The notes beneath the pieces were generated by a model, which searched no databases, was not told where the DNA came from, and saw only the letters and a list, made by a program, of their open reading frames with translations. A DNA stretch of 64,000 nt from NCBI GenBank assembly GCA_002269645.1, contig NIVC01001753.1:124001-188000 (forward strand), written 5' to 3'. Below are positions 61,401 to 64,000 of this stretch, piece after piece. This DNA comes from Macrostomum lignano (taxonomy: Eukaryota). Positions within the stretch are counted from its first letter, which is position 1. Every line of letters starts with the position of its first letter. A program made the translations under genes and the position numbers.

Positions 61401-63262
61401 ACTCGGATCTGCGGACTGTGGGGCAGAGGCGGCAGGGGCTGATGAACTGGCTAAGCTGGGATAGATGGGCTTATGGGATCTGGGAGGCTGGCCCAGCAAC
61501 TGAGCATCTGGGAGGCTGGCCCAGCAACTGAGGATCTGGGAGGCTGGCCCAGCAACTGAGGATCTATGAGGCTGGCCCAGCAACTGAGGATCTGGGAGGC
61601 TGGCCCAGCAACTGAGGATCTGGGAGGCTGGCCTAGTAACTGAGGATCTAGGAGGCTGGCCCAGCAACTGAGGATCTGGGAGGCTGGCCTAGCAACTGAG
61701 GATCTGAGAGGCTGGCCCAGCAACTGAGGATCTGCGAAGCTGGCCCAGCAACTGAGGATCTGGGAGACTGTAAGTGTAAAACAAACATGTTTTATTAATA
61801 AAGAAACTTTATAAGGGTTCACAGGAACAAGAGCTTTATGAGCTACTCAATTTATGATAATTGAGTAAATTGTAAGTTTTTCTGCAATATAATTGTAAGA
61901 ATGCCAAGTACAAAAATGTCCTATCACTCTACTGACACAAGTAGCATTTGAAGCTTTTATATCTTGCTTATATATCTAGCTTATAATCCTAGACAAGCCT
62001 AGAATTACATGCATGGGAACTATATATGTTATATATACAGCAAGTCATAATTCATACAATAAGTCATAAGCCAAGTCATTTTAAGCCTCAGTTTTTGTGC
62101 CAAATTGAACTTTGTAGGGCTTAGATTCCGCATTGCCGCGAGGTTCAAACATTATTTGGCAGCTAGGGGGGTGGGGTATCCCAATATAGCAAATTGAAAT
62201 TGTCATGCAAAATTAGATTGTAAGAATTGTCACTCCATAAATGTATACTACCCTACTTATACAAGTAGCACTAGAGCGCATCATAATTGAATAAATTGTA
62301 AGTTTTTCTGCAATATAGTTGTAAGAATGTCAAGTACAAAAATGTCCTATCATTCTACTGACAGAATTAGCATTTGAAGCTTATAAAAATTAAACAAATT
62401 GTAATTTTCCACCAAATAAAATTGCAATTTGAGTCAATTGCCTCAAGAAAATTGCAAGGTTTAAAATTTTTGCACAATTTGGGGGGTCATGTGAACAATG
62501 CACACCTGCCTGCCTGACCTGTCGGTGTCGGCAATAGCAAATTTGCCAGCAACGTCATTGACTTGTATTGACTTGGCGTGAAGGAATCCACAAGTTCCAT
62601 CAGAGTCTCCCCAGTGTTCCGTGTGCCAGAATGATATATGTTTGGTAGCTATGATAGCTATGCCATGATAAATTGGTATGGCTATATTTAGTACATTACT
62701 AAAACTTTTAGAGCTACAATTTAGCTGATATTTGGTCTTCTCTTTGCTTTAGCTTTATTTAAAATTTTAGCTTTCCCTTACTAATATAGTGTAGTTTTCA
62801 GAAAATTCTAGATTTTTTAAAACAAAAAGCTGCGCAAGTTTGCAAGCATAGGGCCTATGAATATTTTATTATTTTATACACAAAATGCTTTTTATACAAA
62901 AAATTGTCTTTGAGTATTATAACCTAATATTAGCTCAATTTTTATACCAAAGAGCTTGCTTGCACAATAGCCATGCACATATACCTATTATTGAATTGCA
63001 TGCATGGCACAGCAGCTAGCAATTGATTTAATCAATTTTAATCAATTGAGAATTGGGGTCCTTGAATCAATGCATTGGCATTGGCAAACCTAATTAAAAA
63101 TTATTGTTATTAGATTGTTTTATAATGTTATATCGCACATAAAGAATAAAACTAAAATTATAACTATTATTATAAATATAAACCTACAATAGGTGTAATC
63201 TGTGCTAATTCCATCAATGGGACATTGGCCTAGAATAACTAGTAGAAAGAAGTAGAAAGATA
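58483..63262 (+). repeat. 4.78-kb direct repeat, copy 2
   Basis: Near-identical to 14020-18798. Confidence 0.97.
59975..60685 (+). CDS. Tandem PC4-like protein, copy 2
   Basis: Identical to 15512-16222 except one A->T residue and one synonymous change. Confidence 0.7.
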   Translation: MCHFIENYVVRKPTFDTDRELIKIRRFYTDKKGNYKHGFQGVFLTRIEWQHLKRARWIIESLRIRDYSRHERFQLGESGRKILEVKNNQIWLHRNNPADSDNGCCDEGERWKYSIKLSIKLWTALMDADVDSLFVSQSPPPLPRRRLQSQHRGSTAAAATAMMIDGKGSRCRRSADTPPPIELQPPPVKKLPTTATAGSEGDGSSGNGSYKWWYSFPPDSTEEFQAMPGRRGAYIG

Positions 63263-63538
63263 GGCATAGATAAGCATAATAGGCTTACTTAAAAGTCAAA
63301 GCCCTTAGCTAAAAGTTAGTCATAAAGCCTAAGTTGTAAGACCCACCAGGTCCAGGCCTAATATTGGAGATAGACTAGAGATTAGAGCCAATGAATAAAG
63401 AATTAAAGCATTAACAAAAATGCAATAGTTAAGTTTCAAAACAGAAGTAAATGAGTTCTTGTATATATTGTATAGATTCAAATCTCATTTAATCTTGATG
63501 TATTAACACTTTAACACTTTCAACAATTATTAAGGAGT

Positions 63539-63866
63539 ATGCCGCCGAAACGACCTGGAAGGAAGCCTAAACGCGCTACCTACGGGCGTCCATTCGAGTC
63601 TAAAACGAAGCCGCCAGCCGTCGCTATTGATTGCAAGACAGGCGAACCTGCTGCTGCTGCTGCTGCTGCTGCTACTGCTCTTGAGCCTGAATCAAGCACA
63701 CCTGCTGTCGCTACTGTTGTATCGGAAGTTACGAATTTCGCAGTTGCTGCTGCTGCTTCTGGTGGTTCTGACAATGTTGTTGCTGCTGAAGATGCGACTG
63801 TAGACTATGAATTGCGCAATGCTGCTGCTGCTTTGAAGGAGAGTGGATTGTGTGACGAAACTCGTG
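63539..63866 (+). CDS. First exon of a gene running out of the window (basic N-terminus, poly-Ala)
   Basis: MPPKRPGRKPKR...; GTAAGC donor at 63867. Product unknown. Confidence 0.45.
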
Positions 63867-64000
63867 GTAAGCTTGTGTTACTCCTTGCCATTGCCAACTT
63901 TCACATACGAATAGATTGTAACGGAACTGGAATAGTTGGATTCAGATGTCATGAAAGTTGGATGATAAAGTTTAGAATGCTGTTTTATGTATATGCTTGA

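Noticed and set aside
14020-63262. LTR retrotransposon with giant LTRs
   Set aside because: No TG...CA ends, PBS, PPT, gag or integrase. The only RT is an independent LINE with its own TSD.

Overview
Eukaryotic (animal-type) repeat-rich DNA. It has spliceosomal GT-AG introns, (TTAGGG)n tracts and poly-Ala/Gln coding. This style resembles a flatworm such as Macrostomum, but that is inference only. No bacterial genes, rRNA, tRNA or CRISPR array were found. The main structure is a 39.7-kb segment (18799-58481) with imperfect inverted ends, flanked exactly by two near-identical 4.78-kb direct repeats (14020-18798, 58483-63262) that start at a telomere-like TTAGGG. Inside it I spliced by hand a roughly 13-exon minus-strand gene (45060->36320) encoding two C2H2 fingers, a low-complexity linker and a tyrosine-recombinase-like domain. 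It lies head-to-head with a paralogous plus-strand zinc-finger gene whose phase-0 exons can end in either a SANT domain or a SET8/PR-Set7-like methyltransferase (frameshifted). The direct repeats carry a tandem PC4-like (ssDNA-binding fold) gene. The left 10 kb holds two decayed PC4-like paralogues, an intronless dUTPase pseudogene and a Polinton-type pPolB N-terminal domain with an apparent intron. Together these suggest a giant, intron-containing, virus-like recombinase element with chromatin-regulator cargo. Also present: a full-length intact LOA/R1-group LINE with a 13-bp TSD (29729-35631), two LINE 3' stubs, a hAT-like MITE, a 1.5-kb foldback and several satellite arrays. All domain calls are by-eye motif recognition, with no database searches.
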